Origin: Eledone cirrhosa
Lineage: Eukaryota
Assembly (NCBI GenBank): GCA_964016885.1
Contig: OZ024748.1
Span: 30,132,001 to 30,196,000 of the forward strand
Reading direction: 5' to 3'
DNA: 64,000 bases
Shown: in pieces, positions 25,301-40,977 of the stretch
How the letters are laid out: each line of letters opens with the position of its first letter
Position numbering within the stretch: the stretch's first letter is position 1
The notes under the pieces: generated by a model
The model's input: the letters and a program-made list of their open reading frames with translations, nothing else
Told to the model about the DNA's origin: nothing
Databases searched by the model: none
Translations under genes and position numbers: made by a program

Positions 25301-26336
25301 AGAAAATATAAAAAAAATGTATTTGTTAGTTCAAATGTTTATATTATCTTTACTGCAAGACAGATCATTGTTAAAATGTGTAGTATCATTGCTTAACATA
25401 TCTAAAAATAAGTTTCTTAATCCAAATATTTATAATATCTTTATTAGTGAACAGATCATTCTGAAAATTTGGATTATTGGAGTAAAGACTTTAATTTTTA
25501 ATGTGATGCACTCATAGTGTTTGTTGCTTTGTACTTTCTAAGAATGTTTGAGTTAAATATCTGTAATTTTTAGGATCGTTTTTCCCATATTGGAGCTGAA
25601 GAGTTTGTCTGCGTCTGTGTTAAGGACTCTATCAATGGTGTAAGTATAATTATTTTAGTTTATTGATCAGGTTTCACTGATAGTTGCCATGGTAGTGATA
25701 GTGTGACACATTAGTACTTTAGTTACAACCTACTATAATTTAATGTGACTAATTAAAAATTTCATTGCCAATTAAGATATTGAATTCTCTATTCAGGCTT
25801 TGAGCTATTCTTGTCATAAATAACATAACCTATATATAACCTGTGTCTATCCTTTGTGAACCTGTCTCTATCTGTTGTACTCCTAAAGGAGAGCTAAACC
25901 AGACATGTCTAATTTTCTGTGCCCTTTTCCATATAAAGTATGAAACTAATAAGACTTTTTGTATCTCAGTTTTGTCATTTCCTTGATATGCAAATCTGGT
26001 TATCAGTGCAAATCTGGTTGATCAGTCTGCTAATATGCAAATCAGGCTGATCAATCACTGTATATTTTAGAAAATATCATATATTTTTACTAGCTCTGAC
26101 AGTTGGTCAGTGAACTGCACTGATGAAGGCTAATGCCCAGAAACATTAGTGTCTGCAGTTCTATTTACCTGCCAACACAAGAGCAAGAATGAGGGGCTCA
26201 TTCTACTGACATGGCTCTAAAAATGAGGCTGTTTGCATAATTGCAAACGAATCGAATATTATTATTAATATTCGAAAAACTCAGATTACATTTATTATAT
26301 TCAGCCTTGTAGAACGATAATTTTTTAAATTTTATT

Positions 26337-26370
<34 letters not shown>

Positions 26371-29300
26371 TTGTGTGTGTGAAGAGGGTTTAAATGATTT
26401 GATAATTGTGATATGTTCACCTGATGAACACACACACACACATGCATGGTTGCAGAAACACACACACATGCATGCATGCACACACATATGTGGGTTCGCA
26501 AACACACATGCATGTGTTCACAAACACACATGCACATACATACGTACACATGTACACAATGTTTCATTGCTAAATTATGTGTGTTTTTTTTTTTTAAACT
26601 TGAATATGTAACAGAAGTTTTGTTTCTTCTTTTTCTTCCACAGAATTGTACTGGCACCAAGTCCACTCCCAATTTGGAATCCTACATACAATGGTTCAAT
26701 AGACTGAGCTATTTTGTTGCCACAGAAATCTGTTCTGTAAGTCAGTTGTTTCGAGAATCTTGTTACTAAAATTATTTTTATATATAATGGAAGCACATGG
26801 CTTAGTGGTTACAGCATTGGCCTTGCAATCGAAAGGTTGTGAGTTCAATTCTCAGACTGGGTGATGTGTTGTTTCCTTGAGCAAGACACTTTATTTCATA
26901 TTGCTCCAGTTTACTCAGCTGTAGAAATGAGATGATAGGGATTGAGGTCCCTATCATTCCACTGCAAAGTGGTCGTGGAGGTGCCACGGCAAAAAAGCAC
27001 CCAGCACTCACTGTAAATGAGGTTGGTGTTAGGAAGGGCATCCAGCTGTAGAAATCAAGCCAGCATCAGTTCCCGTCCCACCCTTGCAAGCAGGGAAAAA
27101 GCGGACGTAAAATGAAATGATGATGATGATGATATACCATATTTGATGGCTTATAAAATGCACTATTTTCTCAAAAAAATTTCTCAGAAAATCACACATC
27201 TTATAAGGTCAAGTGTCAGTTTATAATATTTACTGTATTTGATATGGCTAATAAAGAAAGAGTTATAAGTATTGGTGGATTAACAGTAATGGGTAGACCA
27301 TTGGACAACCCTTGCAAGCAGGGAAAAGCGGATGATGATGATGTATATATGTATATATATATGTGTGTGTATATATATATATGTGTGTATATATATATAT
27401 GTGTGTATATATATGTATATATATATATATATATGTATGTATATATATGTATATATATGTATGTATATATAAAGAATTAATATCTAGTAACATATATATA
27501 CATACAGATGCATATCAATGCTAGCAAATATATAGGTTTTGTCTTAGTAACTTTGTGGTTCAATGCATGGGGCTGCAGAACAATAATATGAGAGACGTAA
27601 AATAAGAAAATTATAAAATTAACTTACTTACTAAAATTTCACTCCCAACTAATTAGTTTCTGAAATGGAATAAATATACTTTCCAAAGAAAATATAGAGA
27701 AGCATTTCGTCGTCAGGGAAGTCTATTCTCAGCTAAGTATCCAGGCAAAGCGTGGACTCTGGAAACTTATACAAAAATAATTCAGTGGATAGAAAATAGC
27801 AAAGCGTGGACTGAATTCCTAGCCATTGAGAAAATCACTGCCTACTGCGTCGGTGGCAAATTCAAAAAGAATCAATCACGTGACATTGAGGTCAATCAGT
27901 GGAAAGTGGTTTGTTAAGAAGACAGCGGCCTGCCTGCTACCATAGCAGCAGTCTTGGGCAATATTGCTCGACAAATAATTTGAAGATAATTATAAAGAAT
28001 TAATATCTAGTAACATATATATACATACAGATGCATATCAATGCTAGCAAATATATAGGTTTTGTCTTAGTAACTTTGTGGTTCAATGCATGGGGCTGCA
28101 GAACAATAATATGAGAGACGTAAAATAAGAAAATTATAAAATTAACTTACTTACTAAAATTTCACTCCCAACTAATTAGTTTCTGAAATGGAATAAATAT
28201 ACTTTCCAAAGAAAATATAGAGAAGCATTTCGTCGTCAGGGAAGTCTATTCTCAGCTAAGTATCCAGGCAAAGCGTGGACTCTGGAAACTTATACAAAAA
28301 TAATTCAGTGGATAGAAAATAGCAAAGCGTGGACTGAATTCCTATCCATTGAGAAAATCACTGCCTACTGCGTCGGTGGCAAATTCAAAAAGAATCAATC
28401 ACGTGACATCGAGGTCAATCAGTGGAAAGTGGTTTGTTAAGAAGACGGCGGCCTGCCTGCTACCATAGCAGCAGTCTTGGGCAATATTGCTCGACAAATA
28501 ATTTGGAGATAATTATAAAGAATTAATATCTAGTAACATATATATACATACAGATGCATATCAATGCTAGCAAATATATAGGTTTTGTCTTAGTAACTTT
28601 GTGGTTCAATGCATGGGGTTGCAGAACAATAATATGAGAGACGTAAAATAAGAAAATTATAAAATTAACTTTAGTAAGTAAGTTAATTTTATAATTTTCT
28701 TATTTTACGTCTCTCATATGTATGTATATATATGTATATATATGTATGTATATATATGTATGTGTATATATATATATATGTATGTATGTATATATATATG
28801 TATGTATATATATATGTATGTATATATATATATGTATATATGTATGTATGTATATCATCATCATCGTTTAACGTCCATGTTCCACGCTTGCATGGGTTTG
28901 GACGGGAGTTTTCCCACTTGAGGCAAAAGTGGTTGTCATTGCTCGCATAGGACTGTCTGGCGGGTTTTCTACAGCTGGATGCCCTTCCTAACACCAACCA
29001 CATTTACAGTGTGGGGCTGGGAGGTTTTTACCGTGTTGGCTACACAGCCACATTACAGCGTGGACTGTGTGTTTTTTGTCGTGACACCTACACGATCTCA
29101 TTTGTTTCGGCCTGGATGTTGTGGCACCAACATAACTTAACATTGAAAGGGGCGGTGTGGATGGGGTGGGGGTGGTGTGACGGGGGTGTATTTTGTTAGA
29201 GATGCCTGCTGACTGTAGTAGGTTTTACTTTGTATTTAGGTAAGGCGGGTCTTCTCTGTTACTGAGTACCGCCAAAGGTCTCGGTCCAGTGACATTGTCT

Positions 29301-30834
29301 TGGAGAGGTGTAAGTGTGCGAGGTCGGAATTTATCAGCTCGTCCCAGGTTTTACTGGGTCTGCCTACTCCGTGGCTACCGTCTATCTTTATTGCCCTGCA
29401 CTTTGTTATACAGCTGTCGTCTTTCATGCACATCACGTGACCATACCAACGTAGCCTTCTCTCGAGTAAACGACATCTGATCCCTCTTATTTCTAATTTT
29501 TTCCTTAGTTCGTTTATGCTTTGCCGTTCACATATATTACTATTACACATCCAGCGGAGCATGCAAGCTTCATTCCTCTCTAGTCTGCGTATATCCTCTG
29601 CACACAATGCCCAAGTCTCACTGCCATGCAACATTGCTGTTCGTATGCAGGCATCATACAACCTGCCTTTCATTTTTAGGGAGAACCCTTTAGCGGCTAA
29701 TAGTGGTATAAGCTCTCTGAACTTTTTCCATCCAGTTCTGACTCTAGCTACTGTACTTTCAGAGCACCCTCCCCCACTGCTGATTTTGTCACCCAGGTAA
29801 CGGAAGCTGTCCACTATTTCTATAGAACCCTCTGCGCAATTGAAAGAGCTAGTATTTTGTGGGCACTTGCTGCTACTTATTGCACCAGAGCACCGGCCAC
29901 ATGTAAAATCTGTGTTCTTAGTTAGCTTACCTGTGATTCCACTACATCTTTTATGCACCCATACTTTGCATTTGGGACATAAAATGGAGTTTCTACCTAC
30001 GCCTTTCCTACACACTGAGCATGGCCATTTCCCGGAAGGGACCGGCGCCTTATTTTCTTTCCTACAAACTAGAACTTTAGTAGTCTTAGCCAGGTTAATT
30101 TTAAAACCTTTTGATTCTAGGCCGTGCTTCCATGTTTGGAATTTCTTCTCTAGCTCGGCCATTGATTCAGCTATGAGCGTTAGATCATCTGCGTATAGGA
30201 GTTCCCATGGGCAGCCGGTCTTAAACTCCTCTGTTATAGCCTGAAGGGCAATAATAAATAGTAGGGGGCTAAGAACAGAGCCCTGATGGACACCAACTTT
30301 TACGCTAAACTCTTCACTATATTCGTTGTTAATTCTAACCTTGCTGACTGTTTCGATTAATTTAATGCCTCTATAGTTACTCCTATCTAGGGCGTCTCCT
30401 TTACCCTTGTAACAGTTAACGATGATGCTGCTACGCCAGTCCTTCGGAACAACCCCATTCTGTATGACTTGGTTTACTATCCGGGTGACCATGGTGTGTC
30501 CCACCGTTCCAGAGGCTTTCAGCATCTCTGCAACTATTTCCGAAGGCCCAGCCGCCTTACCCGTCTTCATATCTTTGATTGCCTTACTTATTATACTACC
30601 TTCGACTAACACTGCTGGTCCCTCTATTGGATCGATGTGGGGGAGACTGTCTTTCTCCCATTTATTCTCCTCATTTAGTAGCCTTTCGTAGTGACACTTC
30701 CAAGCTACCTTCTTATCAGCGTCAGTGATGGCAAGAACGCCATCATCGTTAAGTACACACATGTATGTATGTATATATATATATATGTATGTATATATAT
30801 ATATGTATGTATATATATATATATATGTATGTAT

Positions 30835-30868
<34 letters not shown>

Positions 30869-31280
30869 GTATGTATATATATAGATGATGATGAGGGAGC
30901 TTATAGATAGGACAACACACGCTGTCTTTTCGTGGGGTAAGTTTTTAATTAATTTTTGTATTCTGAAACATCAAAATACAACAATTTGTTGGTCACTGGA
31001 CTCGGGAATGTCACGACAGAAGTTTGTGGAAGTTACACAAATATTTTAGTATATTTTAGCAGAGCAATCCTTATTTATATTTTACATTTACTTACATCTC
31101 AATATAACATGGCTAAAATTCAAATTTTGCAAAGAGAAGAAAACGGTCAAATGAACTAGATACATCGCATCTACCCCCGCCACCACAATAACTTCTACAC
31201 TCTCTCCCCACCATCACATGTCATTACTTTATCTAGACTAAAGTCATCGACCTGTTGTCAAACTCTCTACTCTCTGTTGA

Positions 31281-31312
<32 letters not shown>

Positions 31313-33470
31313 GTAGGAGGTGAGTTTTATTGTAGTACAATAAAGCAATGCAGATATCGGATAAGAAGCACTCTACAGTTTGTAGGACTGGAGTATACAT
31401 AATATAAGATCAAAAGATGGTTAAAGGAGTTCCATGTATTTTATTATGCGCATTTCAAAAACAAACATCATCATGCAATAATATTTGTGTTTTCATCAGA
31501 TAAAACAGGAGAACATGATATGAAGGCTAAAAAACACTTGTGGATAATGCAGTTTTAAATCAACATATGAAAAGTGGTTTTAGATTGATGTGTGATATTG
31601 GGAAAAATATTTTATTTAGAGAGGGGGGGGTGGAAAGGATGAAAAAGGGGAGGAGATGAGAGGGAGCGATGGGTGATAGAGAGAAAGAGATAGTTTTTAT
31701 AACTGAGAGAAGATATATTGTTTTACATAGAGAGGTTGAAAACCGTTGGAAGATAATGTATAAATTAAAAGAATTTGAAAATTAACGAAGGGAAGATATG
31801 TACGAGGAAAAAATATTTTATTTAGGGAGGGGGGGGTGAAAAAAGGGGGAGGAGATGAGAGTGAAGGTGGAGAGGGAGAGATGGGTGATAGAGAGAAAGA
31901 GATAGTTTTTATAACTGAGAAAAGATATATTGTTTTACATAGAGAGGTTGAGAACCGTTGGAAGATAATGTATAAATTAAAAGAATTTGAAAATTAACGA
32001 AGGGAATTTATGTATGAAGATAGAGAGAAAAAATAATAATTGTGGATGAACGAACTCATTCTTAATACATATTAACTCTTTATTCGCACATATTATCAAT
32101 TCCTTCAATATACAAACTTTAACTTCACATTATTTTTCTCAAATCCTTCTACACACAAACCTTAATAATTTTTTCTCTTCATTAATTTTGAAATTGCCAC
32201 AATACTTATCAACATACACATTTTTTGACGTTAGAATATTCATCCACAATTATTATTTTTTCTCTCTATCTTCATACATAAATTCCCTTCGTTAATTTTC
32301 AAATTCTTTTAATTTATACATTATCTTCCAACGGTTCTCAACCTCTCTATGTAAAACAATATATCTTTTCTCAGTTATAAAAACTATCTCTTTCTCTCTA
32401 TCACCCATCTCTCCCTCTCCACCTTCACTCTCATCTCCTCCCCCTTTTTTCATCCTTTCCACCCCACCTCCTCCCTAAATAAAATATTTTTTCCTCGTAC
32501 ATATCTTCCCTTCGTTAATTTTCAAATTCTTTTAATTTATACATTATCTTCCAACGGTTTTCAACCTCTCTATGTAAAACAATATATCTTCTCTCAGTTA
32601 TAAAAACTATCTCTTTCTCTCTATCACCCATCTCTCCCTCTCATCTCCTCCCCTTTTTCATCCTTTCCCCCCCCTCTCTAAATAAAATATTTTTCCCAAT
32701 ATCACACATCAATCTAAAACCACTTTTCATATGTTGATTTAAAACTGCACTATCCACAAGTGTTTTTTAGCCTTCATATCATGTTCTCCTGTTTTATCTG
32801 ATGAAAACACAAATATTATTGCATGATGATGTTTGTTTTTGAAATGCGCATAATAAAATACATGGAACTCCTTTAACCATCTTTTGATCTTATATTATAT
32901 ATATATATGTATATGTGTGTATATACATCACTCAGTCAAACGACCAGATTTCAACCCCAACATCTACAACAACACCGTCACTAATGTTTACAGCAACAAC
33001 AGCTTCAGAATGAACTGAAATGAAAATTTACAACAACAACAACAGCGGCATCAAAAGATTTTTAAAAAACTAAAAAAAAAAATTAAAAAAAAAAACTCAA
33101 AATAACAAACCACACACGCACACAACAAAACAACAACATCAACTGCCACCACCACCACTACCGCCGCCGCCATCACCATCACCAGCGACCGGGCCTTAAG
33201 AAAACAACTTTAATAATAATTTTTCTGCTTTTGGCACGGATCCAGCGACTGGCCCAGCGCATTACTGGTACTCCCTTTTGTTGACTCCGTGGAGATGAAA
33301 GGCAAGTTTGACCTCGGCGGGATTTGAGCTCAGAGCGTGGAGAGCCATAACTCTATGCTGTAAAGCAATTATAATAATACTGGACTGTAGTACGATCGGC
33401 TTCAACTATATAAACTCTTGAAAGTCAACAGTTGACATAATCTTGTAATCTTGTATCAGTAATGACGGTA

Positions 33471-33504
<34 letters not shown>

Positions 33505-33946
33505 AAGTGAGTAGAGTAGCGTGTGTGTGTTTGTTTGTATGTATGAGTGTTGCTGTGTGCGCGCATATGTATGCGCGTGTGTGTATGTCGTACGTATAAG
33601 TGTCAATAAGTGATTTTTTTATTTTTTTTTTTTTTTTTTTTGCGTGGGGACATAGAAACAATCGGGCTGGATGCCCAATCGCGCAGTTAAACCACTGGGA
33701 GTGAAGAACCCCTAGCACTTGTCAGGGCATTCTTCTAGGAGAAGGCATCTCAGGAAACTGGGTTAACTCCGACATAAAACCTGCGGCTCAGTAGTTACCG
33801 ATGATGTTGATCTTTTCTTCTTTTCGGGTTATAGCTACTGTCGCTCAGAGAGTGGGATTGGCTCAGTGCACAGTCTTTCCTCACTTTAAAAATATTCGTC
33901 ACGCACAGGCATTGCACGAGTGCATTAATAGTTATTAATAGTGTAC

Positions 33947-33985
<39 letters not shown>

Positions 33986-36900
33986 TACTTTTTTTTTTTT
34001 TTTTTTTTCCCAATTCAATGATGTTCCAGAACAATATAGAAAAGATCATTGGCAATAAGGGCAGGGGCCCCAGGTTATCACAGCCTGGGCCCGCTCGTCA
34101 TCGTGCCATTGTAATAGAGCCAAACAAGGCATTTAGTCTTGGCTGCTGGAACGTACGGATGCTGTTTGACAGGGATTCCTTGGAGCGTCCTGAACGAAGG
34201 ACCGCTCTTGTTGCAAAGGAGCTTCGACGTTACAATCTTGACATCGTGGCTTTATCTGAGATGAGGTTAGCTGGAGATGGTCATCTTACGGAATTTTGTG
34301 GAGAATATACATTCTTCTGGAAAGGAAGAGATGAAGGAACCAGAAGAGAATCTGGGGTAGGATTTGCTGTTAAGACTGTACTTGTGAACAAATTAGAAGA
34401 ATTCCCAGTAGGGATTAGTAAGCGTCTTATGTCCATGAGAGTTCCGCTGGATAAGGGAAGATATGCTACCCTGGTGAGTGTGTATGCTCCAACTATGAGT
34501 TCTGTCGATGAGGAAAAGGTGTCCTTTTACCATGCCTTGAAAGGTGTTTTAAGAAATATCCCTCAGGCAGACAAAGTCATCGTGCTTGGTGACTTTAATG
34601 CTAGAGTGGGTAGGGATTTTAACACATGGAATGTAATCGGAAGGCATGGGGTGGGAAAGTGTAACAGCAATGGTATGCTCCTGCTGCAGATGTGTGAGGA
34701 GCTGGATCTGTGTGTTACCAACACCATGTTCCAACAAAAGAACAAATTCAAGACCACATGGATGCATCCTGCATCTAAGGAATGGCATCTTTTGGACTAC
34801 GTCCTAGTCAGGATGCGTGACAGACAGGATGTGCAGTGTGTTCATGTTCTTCGTGGAGCTGAGTGCTGGACGGACCACCGCCTGGTACACGCAAAAGTGA
34901 AACTAATCACTAAACGTAAAATCCGGGCTCCTGGTGTTGCCCTGCCCAAAAGATTGAATGCTGGTCGTCTTAAGGATAAAAATGTGAAGAGGACATTGGA
35001 AGAAGAGATGCAGGCTGCAGATCTTGGTGAGGATTGGCCGACCCTTGAAAAGTCGGTTTATGATGTAGGCAGGCGTGTTCTGGGATTGGCGCAGAGGAAA
35101 CATCAGGACTGGTTTGATGAGAATGATGTACATATAGAAGACTTGTTGGCTGATAAGAGGCGTGCTCTGTCACGCTACTTGACGGCAAAACCACAGGAGA
35201 GGAATACGTTGCATGAGGAACTCGGGGATGTAAAATCACGTGTTAGGCTGAGTCTTTCTCAGATGAAGGATCAGTGGTGGAGTGAGAAGGCTGGTGAGAT
35301 ACAAACTGCGTCTGATTCCAATAACACAAAGCTGTTGTACAGTCTCTTGCGTGGGGTTTATGGACCCTCTTCTTCTCTGGTGACACCGCTTCGCAGCAAG
35401 GATGGCAAAGAACTTCTTTGTGACTCACAAGGAATTCTACGAAGGTAGCAAGAGCACTTTGATGATCTTTTGAATCAGCCGTCTGTCGTCAGTGAAGATT
35501 TCCTCAATCTCATTCCAGAAAGTCCTGTGAAAGTAGCTCTCGCAGAACCTCCGACACTTGTGGAGGTTGCAGTGGCTATTTCGAAGCTGAACAGTGGAAG
35601 ATCTCCAGGTATGGATGGCATACATGCTGAGCTCCTACAATATGGTGGTGAGAGACTCCTGCAACATCTTCACTCTTTGTTTGGCAGGATATGGGCTAAT
35701 GAATCCGTACCTGAGGACTGGAGAGATGCAGTAATGGTGGTCTTGTACAAGGGAAAGGGTAACAGGAATGATTGTGGGAACTACAGAGGTATATCATTGC
35801 TTTCTGTCGTAGGGAAAGTTTTATGTAGAGTTCTTCTGGACCGTCTGCTGACACACATTGCAGATTGTGTTCTTCCTGAAAGTCAATCTGGTTTTCGTGC
35901 TGGACGCGGCACTACTGATATGATCTTCTCAGCTAGACAGCTCCAGGAGAAGTGCATGGAACAAGGCTTGGATCTGTATCAGGTTTTTGTCGATCTGACA
36001 AAAGCTTTCGATACTGTTAACAGAGATGCATTATGGAAGGTTCTCCAGAAACTTGGTTGCCCTGATAAGTTCCTTGCTTTAGTTAGGTCTTTCCATGACG
36101 ACATGAAGGCTTGGGTTAATGTCGGGGGTAACATGTCGGAGCCTATCTCAGTAAAAAATGGAGTGAAACAGGGGGATATTCCAGCACCGACCCTGTTTGC
36201 CATATACTTTGCAATGGTTTTCTGTATTGCATTCAGGAATTGCGAGCATGGTGTTTACATCCGATATCGAACCTCAGGCAGCATATTTAACATCAGGCGC
36301 TTTGCTGCAAAGACAAAAGTATTTACATCAGTCATAAGTGACCTCTTGTATGCAGATGATTGCGATCTTGTAGCACACACAGAGAGTGATGTGCAGCACA
36401 TTTTGAATGCATTTTCTGACGCTTGCACTGCCCTAGGATTGACTGTCAGTCTCAAGAAAACCGTTGTCATGTACCAACCTGCCCCTGGTAAGCAGTACAC
36501 TGAACCAAACATCTATGTGTATGGCAAACGACTTGGAGTGGTTGATCAGTTTGTCTACCTGGGAAGCACTGTCAATCGATACAGCAACCTTGACAGTGAA
36601 ATCTCACTTAGGATTAGGAAAGCAAGTGATGCTTTCGGAAAGCTAGAAAGGCAACTCTGGGGTCGGCGAGACATATGCAGGAGGACAAAGGTAAAGGTGT
36701 ACAGAGCATGTGTGCTCTCTTGTCTTCTTTATGCCTGCGAGACCTGGGTCACATATCGACACCACCTTAAGCAATTGGAGCATTTCCATCAGATGTGTCT
36801 CAGACGGATCCATGGCGTTCACTGGAGGGACCACATCAGTGATGTCGAGATTTTGGAAAGCTCTATGTGTGACAGTATAGAAGCTCTTGTGCTTAAGCAA

Positions 36901-39900
36901 CAACTCCGTTGGAGTGGTCACCTTGCCAGGATGAAGGATACTAGAATACCAAAACAACTCTTTTATGGAGAGTTGGTTAAAGGAAAACGACCGCCACATA
37001 AACCAAAAAAGAGGTATAAGGATTCCTTAAAAGCCTCTCTGAAAGACGCTAACATCTCTGCTGATACATGGGAGAATATTGCTGCTGATCGTAATAAATG
37101 GAGAAAGACTGTATATGAGGGAAAAGTTGCCTTTGAGGCATCTCGAATCGCATACGAGAAAGTAAAACAGGATGTGAGAAAGGGCATTGCTGTTGCACTT
37201 CCAGACGGTGAGGGTCCTCCTATGGTGCTGATATGCAGCGTATGTGCGAGACTCTGCCTAAGCAAAGCTGGACTCGGAAGTCATAAAGTACGACCAGTGG
37301 TTGACTATCAGGCTGCTGTCGGAGATGCTACTCATCATGCTTGCCAAACATGTGGTAGAGAATGTAAATCAGCAGGAGGGCTCAAGCGACATGCAAAAGT
37401 ACACGAACTCCAACCACAGCCGACTATTCCCAGTAAATGTTTTGGTTGCCGACTTGTGCAAGACATTTTAGATCATTGGCTGGGCTAAAAAGCCACATTC
37501 GATCGCAGCGCTGTTAGTTGCTATCATGTGTGTGTGTGTGTAGATATGCGTGTGTGTGTGTATATATATATGTATATGTGTATTATTATTGTTGTTGTCG
37601 TTATTATTATTGTTGTTATTATTATTATTATTATTAATGTATGTGTGTGTATATGTGCGTGTGAGTGTGTGTGTGTGTGTGTGTATATATGTATGTATAT
37701 ATATATATATATATTTATTTATTTTTTTTTATTTTCTTTTATTTTTTATTTATTATTATTATTATTTTTTTTTTTTTCTTTCTCCTCGTGCAATGGCCAT
37801 ACTCGATAACGAGGGGGCAGCCATCATATATCTGTATGTATATATATATGTTCTTCTGGTTTTATAATTCCACAAAGTTTTACCAATAGAGAGAGAGAGT
37901 CGGTTTCTAAGATAGACACAAGACTCTCTCATTGGAATTTACACATCAACTAGGTAGATATGTATGTATGCATGCATGTGTAGATATGGATGTTATTGTA
38001 TGTGTGGATGTGTGTTTTGAGTTGTATGTGTGCATGTGTATATGCTTTGTATCTGTACATGTGTATATGCAGTTATTAGATGCACAATTTTTGGAATGTT
38101 TTACATATTTTTACTGTTCCATTAATGGATTGTACTTGTAGTTTCCTAACTAGTTCTGTTCTTTCTGTTCCTGTGAAGCCTCAAGATTTGTATTGAGGCA
38201 GTTACTAACATATCCCAGTGCCCCAATAATTACAGGCATAAATCTGAAGGTGTAATCAGGGTGGAGTATCTGCAGATTTCTCATCAGTTCTGCATAAATA
38301 TTCTCCTTTTCACTAATCTTTGATATTATATTGGCATCTGCTGGGCAGCTAATTTCCACTACTGTGCATGTTTTCTTCTCCCTGTCCCATATCATAATAT
38401 CTGGTCTGTTATGCCTGCATTTTATTGGGGTTTTTACTGGAACATTCCACCAGTACTCTTTCATATTATGTACATGGATGTCTTCCACATTGTTGTAGCT
38501 TTTAATGTGTTTATTATCGGGGCTATCTTTTTTACGAACTGCATTGTTTTGGCCACTACATCATGCCTCATAGGTAGATAGTACCGCGATGACATCTTTG
38601 GGCAGCTGCTGATGACATGGGTAATATCCTCGATGTTAGTTCTGCAGAGTCTGCACTTGTTATCACATCTAGGTGTTTTGCCTGCATCCCTATCTCTTTT
38701 GTGAATCAGGTATTTTGTGCTAATCTCCTGTTCTTGGATTGCAAAAGCGTATCCTTCAAAGTGGGAGCCAATATAGCGGTTGTTGGTCCAAGATAGACTA
38801 CTTTCCTTATCTATATTACTCTCACTCTGGAGCTTCCTGGCAACATATCCATGCATGATTTTTTGCTGATAGGCATGCAGTTTTTCATCCATGGATTCAC
38901 TGCGATACTGCTGAGCGACATCCCTGGGTGTGAGTTTTTGATTATCACACAGGGAATATCTCTCAAGGAGTTCCTTCCCAACTCTCATGATCTTATCTGT
39001 TTCATGCAGATAGACTTGCTCGAGAAGCAGGCTCCTACGCTTCGAGGTTCGTAGATGTTGTCGGAGAGATATGATGCGACATTCAAATGTTGTCTGGACT
39101 GATGTTAGGCCTCTGCTTCCCTGCTTACGTTTCAAGTAAAGGCGGTCTATGTCACTGTTGATGTGGAAGTTTCCGGGGTTGTTCAGTATTTTTCGAGTTC
39201 CAACATCAACTGCTCGGATTTCGTCTATCGTCCAATTGAGTATTCCAAACGTTGGTGTTAGGACAGGCACAGCAAACACATTGTAAGCCACTGTTTTGTT
39301 TTGCGCAGAGAGTTCCGATGACCAGATCTTTCTTAATCGGGTGTAGTATTCCCTGGTTACGCGTTCTTTATTACAGATACCATTATAGGATATGTTCTCA
39401 TCTATCCCCAGGTATCTGTAGCAGTCCTCATCAGATATCGGTGAAACAGTTAGACCATTGATGACAATGTTGCTAGATTGGGTTGTTGTTTTTCCCCGCT
39501 TTACAGTCATGTATGAGCATTTATCTTGGCCAAACTCCATTCCTATATCCTTTGAGAACGTTGTAACCAGGTCAAGATTTTTCTTCATCCCATCCATGTT
39601 CTTGGCATAGAGTTTCAGATCGTCCACAAAGAAGTTATGGGTTAGGTTCGTATTTCTGTCTTCCTGTGAGCCAATGATGTATCCCTCACATTTCTTGAGC
39701 AGAAAGGACAAGGGGTTTAATGACAAGATTAACAATATCACAGAGAGACTGTCCCCCTGAAATATACACCTGCAATATTTTATTTTATCAGTGAAAATAG
39801 AGTCCTCCCTCTCTGTATTTAACCTTAGGATAGTAGCCCAAGAAGAAAACAGCCTCTCTATGGCTCTGACAATAATGTCTGAGACATTATTATATATTGT

Positions 39901-40902
39901 ATATATATATATGTATATATATATATGTATATATATATATATGTATGTATGTATATATATGTATGTATGTATGTATGTGTATATATATATATATATATGT
40001 GTGTGTCTGGTCACCAGTTGGTGCTACTGGTAACATGTATTCCAGTACAACCTGTCCCATGGTCAGGTCGTTGGCGACTAAACTGGCAACCCCACCAAGG
40101 TTTCTTGGTGAGGAGGGTGACTTTGGACATCCTGCAGGACTAAAAGCAAAACCTGTCAAAGGGCAAAGGAGCTCTTAAGAGTCAATGGCCATCCAAAATC
40201 ACCGGGAGAGATGACCCCTTAGCCTTTGTCAAGGCAGAGTTCTAGAAGAAGGAAAACTGATATAACACCTGCAACCCTGATGGTATCCAATGATGTTTAC
40301 TTCTTCTTTTTGGTAAATATCATCTTGGTTAAGAGAGTGGGACTGGCTTTGCGCAGTGCCTTTGCTCACTATAAAAGCTTCACGGCACAGGCATTGCTTT
40401 ATATCTGGAGATCTCTCTGCACTTGTCGTCACATGGTACCATGGGCACAGCACTATGTGTCAATAATTGTCGCAAGTGCAGTGTTTGTACCAGAGTTTTC
40501 AAGTCGCTGGCTGGACTAAAAAGTCACACTCGTTCAGCGCATCGGTAGGAGTTCTCCTACATGGATATAAAGTAGTGGCCGTACTCGAAAACGAGTTGGC
40601 AGCCACCATATGTATGTATGTATATATGTATGTATATATATATATGTATATATATGTATGTATATATATATATGTATATGTATATGTATGTATATATGTA
40701 TGTATATATATATGTATATGTATGTATATATATGTATATATGTATGTATATATATGTATATATGTATGTATATATATGTATATATGTATGTATATATATG
40801 TATATATGTATGTATATATATGTATATGTATATGTATGTATGTATGTATACGTATGTATGTATATATATGTATATGTGTATGTATGTATATATATGTATA
40901 TG

Positions 40903-40945
<43 letters not shown>

Positions 40946-40946
40946 G

Positions 40947-40977
<31 letters not shown>

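Larger units (their letters stand above)
31313..32897. mobile_element. Fold-back element with ~650-bp inverted arms (31399-32050 / 32239-32897), Penelope-like
   Basis: Arms are reverse complements, flanks are (TA)n, and each arm has a hammerhead. Confidence 0.8.

Noticed and set aside
21906-25517. Four >1100-aa ORFs and Cys/Gln-rich ORFs as real proteins, or the array as a CRISPR
   Set aside because: They are translations of a stop-free 36-bp unit on both strands inside an intron; there are no unique spacers and no cas genes
32051-32238. Spacer of the large fold-back as a GIY-YIG remnant
   Set aside because: Only a vague resemblance; no diagnostic motif readable
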